The position numbers and the translations under genes are program-made. DNA of 64,000 bases, from the IMG/VR virus record IMGVR_UViG_3300042879_005260, positions 29,514 to 93,513 of that record. One strand, 5' to 3'. Under the pieces are notes generated by a model, which worked only from the letters and a program-made list of their open reading frames with translations, ran no database searches and was not told where the DNA came from. Positions 17,975-28,151 of the stretch are shown piece after piece; position 1 is the first letter of the stretch, and the number at the start of each line of letters is the position of its first letter. The stretch is from a virus. Its lineage: Duplodnaviria > Heunggongvirae > Uroviricota > Caudoviricetes.

Positions 17975-18958
17975 ATGTCAAAACTAAATAAATTAATTAA
18001 AGAAAACATTAACAACCTTTTAGAAGGCTCTGAGATGTTTGATGATATGACAGTTGCTTTTGGTGTAAAACACAAAAGTAATAATTTATCTGATGCCGAA
18101 AAAAATCAATTTGGACCAATGGGTCAACTAAAAACCGATAAAGGAGGTAGTTTTGAAAACCCAAATTTTCCTGGAAAAACAATTACCGATAAATCCAAAA
18201 AAGAGGCTGGTAAAGAAGCACAAGCTTACTACAAAGAAGTACTTAAAAAAGTTCAGGATTATCAAAATCCAAATGACGAAGAAGAATTTGATGCACCAAA
18301 AATACCAACAAACACTTCAGATAGTGAAACTGAAAATGAAAGGTTAAAACTAACTGGATATGATACTGGTGTTAGTGGTATGGAAGTAGTTATGGATAGA
18401 GCTGCTAAAAGTGGGGGTTCTGAGGCTACTAAGAAAAAATACAAAGAAAGAATGGACAAACTTCAAGGTGATAAAATGAATTACGATTACATGAAGAAAA
18501 GTGCCAGAAAAACAAATGATTTAAAATATACAAAAGATGCACAAAATGGCAGACCAATAAAATCACAAACATCAAAACAACCAGAGAATTTGGATGAGAA
18601 TAATGTTTATTATAATACCCTAGAAGAAAATACTTTTAAAGTAAAAGGTAAATTGGTTTCTGAAGAACAAGTTATTAAATTAGCAAATAAAGTTCCTTCA
18701 AGAATTAAAATTGATGAAACCACATTTGCAATTACTGACGGTGAAAACACATATAAAATGATTTGGGAAGGTGATTCAGAAACAGGGGAACCAGTAATTA
18801 CTAATTTTAAAAATAACCAAATGGTTAACGAAGATATTCAAAAAATGAAACACCTTTGGGGGTTCAAAACTAAAGATAATTATGAAACTAAAAAGAACAT
18901 AACCGAAAATGGTGATGAAGCTTTTAGGAGAATCTTTAAGATGGTAAAAAATAAATAA
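17975..18958 (+). CDS. Lys-rich hypothetical protein
   Basis: ORF track 327 aa. Confidence 0.45.
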   Translation: MSKLNKLIKENINNLLEGSEMFDDMTVAFGVKHKSNNLSDAEKNQFGPMGQLKTDKGGSFENPNFPGKTITDKSKKEAGKEAQAYYKEVLKKVQDYQNPNDEEEFDAPKIPTNTSDSETENERLKLTGYDTGVSGMEVVMDRAAKSGGSEATKKKYKERMDKLQGDKMNYDYMKKSARKTNDLKYTKDAQNGRPIKSQTSKQPENLDENNVYYNTLEENTFKVKGKLVSEEQVIKLANKVPSRIKIDETTFAITDGENTYKMIWEGDSETGEPVITNFKNNQMVNEDIQKMKHLWGFKTKDNYETKKNITENGDEAFRRIFKMVKNK

Positions 18959-18961
18959 TAA

Positions 18962-18987
18962 AAACCCCCGCCAAAGGGGGTTTTTTA
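18962..18987 (+). terminator. rho-independent terminator
   Basis: cccccgccaaaggggg hairpin plus T6. Confidence 0.7.
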
Positions 18988-19046
18988 TGCAATGCAATAT
19001 TTATAATAAAAAATAGTATTTTATATTATAATAAAAAATAAATATT

Positions 19047-19496
19047 ATGGATTTTATTGATTATGTTTCAAAACCAATGAATAAAGAAGACGTTATCTTA
19101 ATGTATAAGATTAATAACGTGATACCTGAAAGAAGTGGCTTATATCTTGATTTTTCAGAAACACTATTTGATTTAATAGTTTCTACTTATTTGGGTGATA
19201 ATATAATGAATGAAAAAACGGTAAAAGAACATTTTGATTGGTGTTGGTCTAAAACTATTAATATTTTTAAAAAAGAAAAAATACTTTTTGAAAACCAGGA
19301 ACTTTATGATTATTTTTTTATCTTATTTCAAGAAACATTTTATAACGAAAAAGATAAATCGGAAGTTAATTTCTTATTAAATTTTTGGCGAGACATTTTT
19401 AATTATTCAAGGGTAAAAACAAATTCAGAACTTGAATCTTTTTTGGAATTATATAAAATTTTTGATAAATCTTTAGTTAATTTACTTGATTTTTAA
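19047..19496 (+). CDS. hypothetical protein
   Basis: ORF track 149 aa. Confidence 0.4.
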   Translation: MDFIDYVSKPMNKEDVILMYKINNVIPERSGLYLDFSETLFDLIVSTYLGDNIMNEKTVKEHFDWCWSKTINIFKKEKILFENQELYDYFFILFQETFYNEKDKSEVNFLLNFWRDIFNYSRVKTNSELESFLELYKIFDKSLVNLLDF

Positions 19497-19509
19497 ATAT
19501 TAAATCTTA

Positions 19510-19764
19510 ATGTTAAATAAAAATGTTATGGAAAGAAAAGTTTTAGATTTGATTACAACAAAATATGTTGTCGAAAGAGCGAAAGCTGAAGTTGAAATTG
19601 AAAAAGCTGTTACCGCTAAAGCTTTTGAAAATAACATGGACATTGATAATTTCACTAATTCCATAATGACCAAAATTAGTAAATTACGTGAAATAAATTC
19701 AGATGCCCAATTATGGGAAAACATTGTCACTCAAATAGTAACACAAGTGCCTGAAAAGGAATAA
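19510..19764 (+). CDS. hypothetical protein
   Basis: ORF track 84 aa. Confidence 0.35.
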   Translation: MLNKNVMERKVLDLITTKYVVERAKAEVEIEKAVTAKAFENNMDIDNFTNSIMTKISKLREINSDAQLWENIVTQIVTQVPEKE

Positions 19765-19788
19765 TAACAAATAAATAAATGATTAAAA

Positions 19789-19974
19789 ATGGAACAAAAC
19801 AATTTAAACAGATTTAAAGAATTGGTTTCAGAGTTTGAAACAGACTATCTAAAGTTTACTGAAAAAGGTAACAAAGCGGCAGGAACACGTGCACGTAAAG
19901 CGTTACAAGAAATCAGAAATCTTTCAAAAGATATCAGAACTGAAATTAGTTCAGCCAAAAAAACAACAGCTTAA
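19789..19974 (+). CDS. hypothetical small protein
   Basis: ORF track 61 aa. Confidence 0.3.
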   Translation: MEQNNLNRFKELVSEFETDYLKFTEKGNKAAGTRARKALQEIRNLSKDIRTEISSAKKTTA

Positions 19975-20180
19975 TGTTAACAACTCTCTTAAATAAAATT
20001 TTATTTTTATTTTTCTTTTTGGCTTGTTTTAATATCTTAAAACACATCTGGAAAGTTTTTATAAAATTAAGAGAGGAAGATGTACCTAACAAATATGAGC
20101 TCCCTAAAAACGAGCTCATATTATTGGGTATTTCCATAGCTTATTTATTAACCACAATATTTACAGGAATTACAATATGA
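19974..20180 (+). CDS. small membrane protein
   Basis: two hydrophobic segments. Confidence 0.3.
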   Translation: MLTTLLNKILFLFFFLACFNILKHIWKVFIKLREEDVPNKYELPKNELILLGISIAYLLTTIFTGITI

Positions 20181-20587
20181 TACAAAACATATTTAAAGAA
20201 CTAGACCCATATCTTAGAGGTTTAAAAATAGCAGAAAATTACAATATAGTTGAAGTTTTACTTAAAAAAAGTTGGACTTATAAAGATTTTCTGCCTGAAG
20301 ACATCCAATTCAGTCAAACCAAAGAACATAGTAACAAAAATTACTATCACGGGGCTTTGTATTCGGAAAATAAAAATTTTGACCAAATGATTGAAATTCT
20401 AAAAGATATTGTTGAAAAAAATTTAGAAGAGGAAGAAAAAGAAAGGCTTTTATCATCTAAAGTAGAAGAACTTAAAAAAATGTTTCAAGAAACTTCTTTG
20501 GATAAATTAAAAGATTTGTCTTTTAATTATAACACAAAATTTGATGGCTCTACCCAAGAACTTCAACTCCAAGAAGAATCTAAGTAA
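20177..20587 (+). CDS. hypothetical protein
   Basis: ORF track 136 aa. Confidence 0.4.
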   Translation: MIQNIFKELDPYLRGLKIAENYNIVEVLLKKSWTYKDFLPEDIQFSQTKEHSNKNYYHGALYSENKNFDQMIEILKDIVEKNLEEEEKERLLSSKVEELKKMFQETSLDKLKDLSFNYNTKFDGSTQELQLQEESK

Positions 20588-20852
20588 TAGAATTGATTCT
20601 TTAAATAATTTAATTTATTGTACGGTTAAATATGATTTTACTTTAACTGATCAAAAAATAGATGAATTTGATGTTGAAAATGAAGTTACCGGAGTTAAAG
20701 AAGTTTATGCCTTAAACCAAGAACAAGCTAAAGCCAAAATAGAAAATTGGTTTACAGTTTTAAAAGAAAAAAATATCATAGAAAATTATAAAATTAATTC
20801 TATAGAGAACAAAAGTTTTTACGAAACTTTAAAAGATAAAAACATAATTTAA
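20541..20852 (+). CDS. hypothetical protein
   Basis: ORF track 103 aa. Confidence 0.35.
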   Translation: MMALPKNFNSKKNLSNRIDSLNNLIYCTVKYDFTLTDQKIDEFDVENEVTGVKEVYALNQEQAKAKIENWFTVLKEKNIIENYKINSIENKSFYETLKDKNII

Positions 20853-20853
20853 A

Positions 20854-21474
20854 ATGGTTCTTAATCAAAACATAAAAGGTTACAAATGTTTTATAAGATT
20901 AAGTCATTTCACTAAAAAAATCGAAGACCAAGACACTTTTCATGAAGGTTATGCTTTTGGGATTCAATCAGTAAATTCTAAAATACTTACTTTCCATGTT
21001 ATGACAGATTATGGGATGTTGCGTAGTAGGGTACCATTAAGTGAAATTTTTTTAAAAAAACCTACTAAAGATATTCCTTATCATTTTAAACAATTGTGGG
21101 ATTGTTTTTCAGAAAATGTATCAGTCATTGAATATGATTTTTTAAAAGAAAAACGTTGTCAAGTTATTTTAAGAGATTCAACAAAAATATGGGCAACTTA
21201 TTTATTCACGGTAGATTGGTTTAACAACGGATTTTCTGATGAACCATCAGATTATAAATGTGGCCATATTTTGGTTGCTGACGATGGTTATTTATTATGC
21301 CAACCAAACAATAGAATATTTTGGAAAGATTCAAACCTGGTCGTTAAAAAATTCCCAATTAATCCAAAAGAAATTAAAGTTGATACCCAATTGCTTTCGG
21401 TTGAAAACATTTCAGATAGATGGGTGTCAGAAGATTCAGATTCTTTTTATTACGATATTAATTTACAGGCTTAA
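20854..21474 (+). CDS. hypothetical protein
   Basis: ORF track 206 aa. Confidence 0.45.
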   Translation: MVLNQNIKGYKCFIRLSHFTKKIEDQDTFHEGYAFGIQSVNSKILTFHVMTDYGMLRSRVPLSEIFLKKPTKDIPYHFKQLWDCFSENVSVIEYDFLKEKRCQVILRDSTKIWATYLFTVDWFNNGFSDEPSDYKCGHILVADDGYLLCQPNNRIFWKDSNLVVKKFPINPKEIKVDTQLLSVENISDRWVSEDSDSFYYDINLQA

Positions 21475-21507
21475 AATTTTTATAAGTCATAAAGATATTT
21501 ATATCAT

Positions 21508-21873
21508 ATGAAAAACCTTATAAGAAAAATATTAAGGGAAGAATTTGATGATTTTGATTGGGTGGGGGAAATTAAACAATTTTCACCCGCTGAAGAGTTC
21601 TTATATGAAATCATGTCCAATTTAAAGGCGGTTACTTCGGAAAAAAATCCAGGTTGGATGTTTTATAAGGATATAAGTGGACTAAATTTAATGGCGGATA
21701 ATGTGGATAGAGATGAAAAAAATCCTTATTTATTAGTTGATTATCGTCAAATTTGGAGAAAATTACGTCAAGAATTTGGCCTTAATGAACAAGAAATCAG
21801 TAATTTATGCGTGCGTATGCTGGAAATGACCCATAAACGAAAGGTATTGATAGCTGCATCTCCCGGATTTTGA
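21508..21873 (+). CDS. array-associated family protein; 3' end is first repeat of mini-array B
   Basis: MKNLIRKILREEFDDFDWVGEIKQFSPAEEF...CVRMLEMTHKRKVL; stop lies inside spacer 1. Confidence 0.55.
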   Translation: MKNLIRKILREEFDDFDWVGEIKQFSPAEEFLYEIMSNLKAVTSEKNPGWMFYKDISGLNLMADNVDRDEKNPYLLVDYRQIWRKLRQEFGLNEQEISNLCVRMLEMTHKRKVLIAASPGF

Positions 21874-22115
21874 AACGGTGCAGAGCTGGAAATGACCCAT
21901 AAACGAAAGGTGTTTACAGCAAAAACTTGACGAACTTTTTTCGGAGTCGCTGGAAATGACCCATAAACGAAAGGTGTTTACAGCGCCAATTCATAATTCC
22001 TGGCAAATCCCTCTGCTGGAAATGACCCATAAACGAAAGGTGTTTACAGCTGTTACTGATGGTGGTATTGTGGCATACAGCTGGAAATGACCCATAAACG
22101 AAAGGTATTACTCCA
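21819..22115 (+). CRISPR. mini-array B: 5 repeats (36 bp), 4 spacers (30, 28, 30, 29 bp)
   Basis: repeats at 21819, 21885, 21949, 22015, 22080 (consensus gctggaaatgacccataaacgaaaggtgtttacagc; first and last degenerate at 3' end); spacers 21855-21884, 21921-21948, 21985-22014, 22051-22079. Confidence 0.7.
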
Positions 22116-22641
22116 CAAAATTAGTCCATTGGTCAGATTGTATTTCATTTAAATAAAAAGAATCAATACGACCAGTAGATTTCATTTCTTGACCCCAATT
22201 TTTAAAAGTACCAAAGTGTTTTGGGCGATCGTCCCATAATTCAATATCACGAATAGTTGGATATCTATATAATATTAAATCAAGATATTTTATTTTTTCG
22301 TTTAACGTACTACCACCTTTATTAAAAAAATAAAAATCAAAGTACAATTCGTTATCATCTAATATTTCTTTAACTAGACCCGCTAAAGATTCTAACCTAC
22401 CAGTGGACATAATCATCAAACAGTTAGGGTCTTCACTATATTTCAAATAATCGTTATAAACCTCTTTAATCGGTTCCATAGTCCAAACATTTCTATCTAA
22501 AGATTCTGGTCTACCCCACCAACCTTTATAAGCCCATGGTTTTCCGTAATAAGAGGCCCATTTTTCTTTATTCTCAGGTGAAGCAACAGGTGTGTCTATC
22601 AAAGTTCCGTCAAAGTCGAAATAACATAATTTAGTTTTCAT
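22108..22641 (-). CDS. HAD-superfamily phosphatase
   Basis: motif I FDFDGTL at N-terminus; 177 aa. Confidence 0.55.
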   Translation of the reverse strand: MKTKLCYFDFDGTLIDTPVASPENKEKWASYYGKPWAYKGWWGRPESLDRNVWTMEPIKEVYNDYLKYSEDPNCLMIMSTGRLESLAGLVKEILDDNELYFDFYFFNKGGSTLNEKIKYLDLILYRYPTIRDIELWDDRPKHFGTFKNWGQEMKSTGRIDSFYLNEIQSDQWTNFVE

Positions 22642-22706
22642 ATTTATTTTTCAATCTTATTACTTATAATTATCTAACAAATATAACAAATATAAACTTA
22701 TAAACA

Positions 22707-23102
22707 ATGAAACTTTTTTTATTTATTTTAATCGCCTATGGAATGTCAAACATAATTGTTTTTAGTTCCATTTTTAAAGGTTGGCGAACATTTTGGTCGA
22801 CTTTAAGTCCTAATTTTTTTGGTACCTTATTCAATTGCATGATCTGCTGGCCTTACTGGGAAGGGGTTTTAGGTTCCACAATTGTTTGGTCACCAACACT
22901 TTATTATGGATTAATTACAGAACCTGTAACATTTTTTGGTCTTTTTGAAATACCAAATGTGTTGACCGCAGCATTTTTGGATGGTTGTTTTACATCGGGA
23001 ATTGTTTGGTTAATTCATTCATTCCAAGAAGCGCTCGAAAGACATTTTAATGTTAACAATCATAATGACGATACCGAAGTAATTAATGTTGATTTTCCGT
23101 AA
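22707..23102 (+). CDS. membrane protein
   Basis: multiple hydrophobic helices. Confidence 0.4.
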   Translation: MKLFLFILIAYGMSNIIVFSSIFKGWRTFWSTLSPNFFGTLFNCMICWPYWEGVLGSTIVWSPTLYYGLITEPVTFFGLFEIPNVLTAAFLDGCFTSGIVWLIHSFQEALERHFNVNNHNDDTEVINVDFP

Positions 23103-23128
23103 ATAGAAAAAATAAAAACTAAAATTGA

Positions 23129-23156
23129 ACCCCACTTTATTATGTGGGGGTTTTTG
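23129..23156 (+). terminator. rho-independent terminator
   Basis: ccccac-loop-gtgggg hairpin plus T-run. Confidence 0.6.
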
Positions 23157-23597
23157 TTGATATTTATAAGTATGAGAGAATCAGTAGGTATTGTTATAAT
23201 AGCAAAAGAAACAAAAAATTTTTTATTACTACATAGAGTTAATAAACCAGTTGTCTGGTCAACCTTAACAGGTAAAATGGATAAAAAAGGTGAAACACCT
23301 TTGGAAACGGTTAAAAGAGAAATCTGGGAAGAAATTGGTGTTAACCCATCAAACATAAAAAACATCCAAGAAGTTGGGGTTACAAATAACGGACATCACA
23401 TTATGGTTGGTTTTGTTAATACCGAGTTTAAAATACCAAACCTTAAAAAAGATGAGAATGATGATTATGGTTGGTTTAATGAAAATAACCTACCATCACC
23501 AATGCATCAAAAATGGCCAGAAACTTTTCAATATGTAAAAAATTTCTTAAATTTAAAAGAAGAGATTAGAAAAATTAAAAAATTAATTAATGTATAA
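23142..23597 (+). CDS. Nudix hydrolase
   Basis: Nudix box GKMDKKGETPLETVKREIWEEIGV. Confidence 0.65.
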   Translation: MWGFLLIFISMRESVGIVIIAKETKNFLLLHRVNKPVVWSTLTGKMDKKGETPLETVKREIWEEIGVNPSNIKNIQEVGVTNNGHHIMVGFVNTEFKIPNLKKDENDDYGWFNENNLPSPMHQKWPETFQYVKNFLNLKEEIRKIKKLINV

Positions 23598-23784
23598 AAA
23601 AGACACATTTAAAAGTGAGGAATTAAAAATGCGACAAGATATTGTTGCAACAGAAATTAAAAAAGAAATTTTTATCCAAGAAATTAAAAACGGCTTAGGA
23701 GATGAAATACTAAAAGAACCGAATAAAAAACAAAAAAAGTTAACTATTTGGCAAAAAATTAAAAAAATCTTTTCACATGGGTAA
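23590..23784 (+). CDS. hypothetical small protein
   Basis: ORF track 64 aa. Confidence 0.3.
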   Translation: MYKKDTFKSEELKMRQDIVATEIKKEIFIQEIKNGLGDEILKEPNKKQKKLTIWQKIKKIFSHG

Positions 23785-24025
23785 TGTCATATTAAAAACA
23801 ACAACTTTAAAAGAATTTGTTGATTTTGCGTTTTCTTTAAAAGAAATGGAAGAAGTTAAAAAAAACGGATTTCCGATACCACATTCATTAACCTTTAAAT
23901 TAGATGATAGAAATCACCAAGCTTTACAAAAAGAAATTTTAAAGCAAAAAGAAATACCTTCACAAGAATTGGTAGATGTTTTTGAAATGGAACTGTATGG
24001 TATTACTTTTATTTTTGTTAAATGA
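23777..24025 (+). CDS. hypothetical small protein
   Basis: ORF track 82 aa. Confidence 0.3.
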   Translation: MGNVILKTTTLKEFVDFAFSLKEMEEVKKNGFPIPHSLTFKLDDRNHQALQKEILKQKEIPSQELVDVFEMELYGITFIFVK

Positions 24026-24603
24026 AATCAGATATTGATATTACGATTGAAAATGTTGCTTCATTAGATGAAGTGGGTAGAGGTTGCCTTTCTGGGCCCG
24101 TGGTCGCTGCAGCTGTAATTCTGCCTAAAGATTTTAGTTCACCTTTAATAAAAGATTCTAAAAAGTTAACTGAAAAACAAAGAGAAAAAGCTTTTGAGTT
24201 AATAAAAGAAGTTGCTATCGATTATGCTATTTCTTTTATCTCACCACAAGAAATTGACAGGGTTAATATATTACAAGCAACAATGACAGCTATGCACATT
24301 TGTTTAAAAGAACTAGAAAAACCTTTTCAACATATATTGGTTGATGGTAACTATTTTAAAAAATATAAAGAAACGGAACATACATGTGTTATAAAGGGTG
24401 ACAATACTTATTATTCTATTGCTGCCGCTTCTATTTTAGCTAAAGTCACCAGAGACGAACATATGAAAATGTTACATCAGGAATTCCCAATCTATAATTG
24501 GGTAAATAATAAAGGTTACGGTTCTAAAGAACATATAGAAAAAATTAAAAGTTTTGGTATTACCGAACATCACCGTAAAAGTTTTTTAAAAAACATTCTC
24601 TGA
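24022..24603 (+). CDS. rnhB: ribonuclease HII
   Basis: DEVGRGCLSGPVVAAAV catalytic motif; VDGNYF; 193 aa. Confidence 0.8.
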   Translation: MKSDIDITIENVASLDEVGRGCLSGPVVAAAVILPKDFSSPLIKDSKKLTEKQREKAFELIKEVAIDYAISFISPQEIDRVNILQATMTAMHICLKELEKPFQHILVDGNYFKKYKETEHTCVIKGDNTYYSIAAASILAKVTRDEHMKMLHQEFPIYNWVNNKGYGSKEHIEKIKSFGITEHHRKSFLKNIL

Positions 24604-24604
24604 A

Positions 24605-25084
24605 ATGCCGATTCCAAATGATATTTTAAAACTTATCACAGAAAATTGTGAAGAAAAAATAAATAATCATAAAAGAGTTGATGGTTTTTTTACTGAAAAG
24701 GCCATTATAGAAAATAAAGTTCGAGAATTATTTAAAACAGAAGGTATTAAAGTTGACGATATTGTTTGGATAAAAGATGTTTTTGTTTTACGGGAAAAAA
24801 TCAAAAACTTAAAAAATCCTTGGGTTTATCACTATAAAACTAATATGCCTTGGGTTTTGTTTTATAAAAGTTTTTATGAATCTTGTTTAAAAATAAAAAA
24901 CAAATCTTGTAAAAAATTTATTAATGAAGGCAAAGAAACTTATAATAAAATAGTTTTACTCAAAGACATATTAGATAATGTTGATGGTATTGTGGAAGCA
25001 ACGGAAAACAATACAACGGTTTATTTAGTGAAAATAGATGTTAATCTTATAAATTGTGATATTAAAAATTTTACCTTGAATTAG
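24605..25084 (+). CDS. hypothetical protein
   Basis: ORF track 159 aa. Confidence 0.4.
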   Translation: MPIPNDILKLITENCEEKINNHKRVDGFFTEKAIIENKVRELFKTEGIKVDDIVWIKDVFVLREKIKNLKNPWVYHYKTNMPWVLFYKSFYESCLKIKNKSCKKFINEGKETYNKIVLLKDILDNVDGIVEATENNTTVYLVKIDVNLINCDIKNFTLN

Positions 25085-25712
25085 TTCGATACAGGCGGTT
25101 ATATCCAATTCCCAATCTTTTATGGAGTCTTTTATACCAAACCTTACTACTTATCTTATCAACAATACCAAAAAACAAAATATCATTTATTTTATTTTCA
25201 TAACAATAAGTTCTAATCCTATTATATAACTTTAAAGCTTGTTCTGAATTTTTACAAGTCACCAAAAAAAGTTCCAAACTTTCAATAATTAATTTATTTT
25301 TTAAAACCAATAATTGTTTTGGATTCTTTTTTTCTTTTCTAACAAGAACTAAATTATCAAGAATTTCTTTTGCAGTTAATTTTCGATTAACATTGGTTAC
25401 ATTAAAAGTTTCTTCAACCCCATAAGGTGAAAAATCAATAATTATCCATTCAGGATCATTAGATTTCATCTCCACAAATTTACCAATCTCATTTTTCATT
25501 ACTTTATCTTTATCATTTTCATCTCTTTTTTTTAAAAGAAGAATTTCATAAGTAACATGTTCTAATTTTTTATTTTTATAAATTTTAGTTTTTGGAAAGA
25601 AAAAAGCTTGAGATTTTAGTTCCCGAAATTTATTATTAGCATCGTTTTTCCTGTTATATCGGTGTAAAATACTTATTTTACGTTTATTCTCTGTTAAAAC
25701 AATTTGAAACAT
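25071..25712 (-). CDS. hypothetical protein
   Basis: ORF track 213 aa. Confidence 0.4.
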   Translation of the reverse strand: MFQIVLTENKRKISILHRYNRKNDANNKFRELKSQAFFFPKTKIYKNKKLEHVTYEILLLKKRDENDKDKVMKNEIGKFVEMKSNDPEWIIIDFSPYGVEETFNVTNVNRKLTAKEILDNLVLVRKEKKNPKQLLVLKNKLIIESLELFLVTCKNSEQALKLYNRIRTYCYENKINDILFFGIVDKISSKVWYKRLHKRLGIGYNRLYRTNSR

Positions 25713-25753
25713 ATTTTTTATAATAAATATAAGAATACTAAAAATAAACTTTA

Positions 25754-26719
25754 ATGGCTGAAACTTTATACGATGTTTTAGGTCTTAACAAGACAGCAAC
25801 AAAAGAAGAAATAAAAAAAGCTTATCGTAATTTAAGTAAACAACACCATCCAGATGTTGGCGGTGATGAGGAGGTTTTTAAAAAAATATCCCATGCCTAT
25901 AACATTTTGTCTGATGATGACAAAAGAAAAAATTATGATAACCATGGTAGTGAAAAAAACCAAAGATTTAACCCATTTGCCGGTAATCCCTTTACCAATA
26001 TTAGAATGCGACCAAGACCTATAAACATTGAATTACGTTTAACGGTGGAGGAAGTTTATAACGGTTCTTTAAAAAAAATCCATTTTAAAGTTGAAAAACC
26101 CTGTAGCACATGTAACGGTGTCGGTGCAACGGAAACTAAACGCTGTGATGTTTGTGAAGGTAAGGGTGCGATTATTCATCAAATACAAAATATGCAACAC
26201 ATTACAATGTGTACTACATGTAACGGTAGTGGTATAATACCTATTAAAAAATGTAATACATGCAACGGTATCGGCAGACAATTAGTGTCAGAAAATCATG
26301 ATATCGACATACCTAAAGGGGTTACAGAAGGTAACACTTTAATCTTAGAAGGTTTTGGTAATCAAAATACAGCTGGTTATCGTGGTGATGTTTTTTTATT
26401 AATAAAAGTAGAACCACATCCTGTTTACACAATAGAAGGCCTTGATATTAGCAAAAAAGAAGAATTACCTTTTATTGATATGGTTTTAGGTTGTAATTAT
26501 GAATTAGAAACTTTAGGTGGTAAATTTAAAATTACAATACCAGAAAGTTGCGAATCAAACAAAATTTTTCGGTTAAAAGGCCAAGGTATTAAGGATGAAA
26601 ATTCTGGACGTGTTGGTGATTTATATGTGAAAGTAATACCTAAAATACCAAAAGAATTAACAACAGAAGAAAAAAATACTCTTTTAAGTCTTAAAAACTT
26701 TAGTAATAAATTTTCCTGA
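25754..26719 (+). CDS. dnaJ: DnaJ-like chaperone
   Basis: J domain with HPD (YRNLSKQHHPDVGGD); four CxxCxGxG zinc-finger repeats. Confidence 0.8.
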   Translation: MAETLYDVLGLNKTATKEEIKKAYRNLSKQHHPDVGGDEEVFKKISHAYNILSDDDKRKNYDNHGSEKNQRFNPFAGNPFTNIRMRPRPINIELRLTVEEVYNGSLKKIHFKVEKPCSTCNGVGATETKRCDVCEGKGAIIHQIQNMQHITMCTTCNGSGIIPIKKCNTCNGIGRQLVSENHDIDIPKGVTEGNTLILEGFGNQNTAGYRGDVFLLIKVEPHPVYTIEGLDISKKEELPFIDMVLGCNYELETLGGKFKITIPESCESNKIFRLKGQGIKDENSGRVGDLYVKVIPKIPKELTTEEKNTLLSLKNFSNKFS

Positions 26720-26731
26720 TATTTATTATTA

Positions 26732-28150
26732 ATGAACAAAAAAGAATTATTAACAGAAATTACAGGTGTACCAAAAGCTATAAATTTTTGGATTGAACAA
26801 TTATCAACCATAATAGCTGATTTAACTGAAGAATTGGTTGAAGAAAATAGTTTTAATGAAGTTAACGTTGAATATTTAACCTTAACTGAACCTAAAGAAA
26901 TAAAAAAAGGTATCGCACTAATGGATGGTTATAACGTTAGTGGTGAGTATATAAATAAAAAAGTTATTAAAAATTCTGGTGTCGGTAATGAAAAGGGGTT
27001 ATTACAAGATCCAAGATTCCAAAGTTATCCTCTTTATGCTCCTAAAATTTCTTTAGATGTTAAATTCATACCAGATGAATTTTATGATATAGAATTTAAA
27101 AGGCCTTATGACGGCATAGAAGGTGAACATGGATTCGATAGTGGAAGTAAAATGATTTCTAATATTGAAGGCGTTAAAATTTTTATCTTACAAGAGTTTG
27201 AGTTTGTTTTATATTTGCCAATGCGATATTTAAAAAATTTTAACAAAAACACAATTAAATCAATAATAAAACCAACAATAAACCACGAATTGGTTCACGC
27301 ATACGAACTTTACCGTAAATTAGAAACCAAAGAAGACCCGTTTCAGGGACAAGAAACTTTTTTAAACGTTATAAAAAAAGTTTTACCTGATACAAATTTA
27401 AAAATGGTTAATAAATTTATGCACTTAATTTATTTACATTTATATTTTGAAATAAATGCAAGAGTAAGTCAATTGTATCAGGAAATGGTTGAGGATGGTG
27501 TAACCAGAAAAGAAGAATTTTTTGAAGCAGTTAAAAAATCTAGTATCTGGGGAGAATTTAAAAAATTAGAATCTTTTAACGCGGATGAATATTTATCATA
27601 TTTAGTTACTAATTTTGGTGATCAAAAAGTTAAAAATTTCATTAAAAAATGGGATTCCAGTTTACAAACAATAAATACCATTTTTAAAGAACAAGGCATT
27701 TATAAAGGTAAATTTATGGATTTAGTACCAAAAGAAGCTAAAGAAAATCCAAAAGTCTTTTTTAAATTTTTTGAAAAAAGATTCCATAATAAAGCCGCAG
27801 AATTTAAAAGAAAAATATTACGTTTATATAATCTTGTTGTTAATAAGCCATTTGTTAATGAAAACAAACAAGTAGTTTGCCCCTCTTGCTCCCATGATTG
27901 GACAACGGAAGTAAATGATGAAAACCCTTATTTATGTCATATGTGTGGTTATGATGTAAAAGATAAAAAATATAAACAAAAAGAAATGAATCAGTTTTGG
28001 GATAAAGAATTACAAGAAAAATGGAGTAAAAAATATAAAAAATCCATAAATTGCAGTAACCCCAAAGGATTTAGTCAAAAAGCACATTGTGCCGCTAGAA
28101 GAAAAAGAAAAGCAGGTCAAAAAACAAAATCAAAATCACCTTTTAATTAA
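26732..28150 (+). CDS. HExxH motif protein with C-terminal zinc ribbon and basic tail
   Basis: INHELVHAYELY; CPSCSHDW...CHMCGYD; tail CSNPKGFSQKAHCAARRKRKAG. Confidence 0.45.
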   Translation: MNKKELLTEITGVPKAINFWIEQLSTIIADLTEELVEENSFNEVNVEYLTLTEPKEIKKGIALMDGYNVSGEYINKKVIKNSGVGNEKGLLQDPRFQSYPLYAPKISLDVKFIPDEFYDIEFKRPYDGIEGEHGFDSGSKMISNIEGVKIFILQEFEFVLYLPMRYLKNFNKNTIKSIIKPTINHELVHAYELYRKLETKEDPFQGQETFLNVIKKVLPDTNLKMVNKFMHLIYLHLYFEINARVSQLYQEMVEDGVTRKEEFFEAVKKSSIWGEFKKLESFNADEYLSYLVTNFGDQKVKNFIKKWDSSLQTINTIFKEQGIYKGKFMDLVPKEAKENPKVFFKFFEKRFHNKAAEFKRKILRLYNLVVNKPFVNENKQVVCPSCSHDWTTEVNDENPYLCHMCGYDVKDKKYKQKEMNQFWDKELQEKWSKKYKKSINCSNPKGFSQKAHCAARRKRKAGQKTKSKSPFN

Positions 28151-28151
28151 T

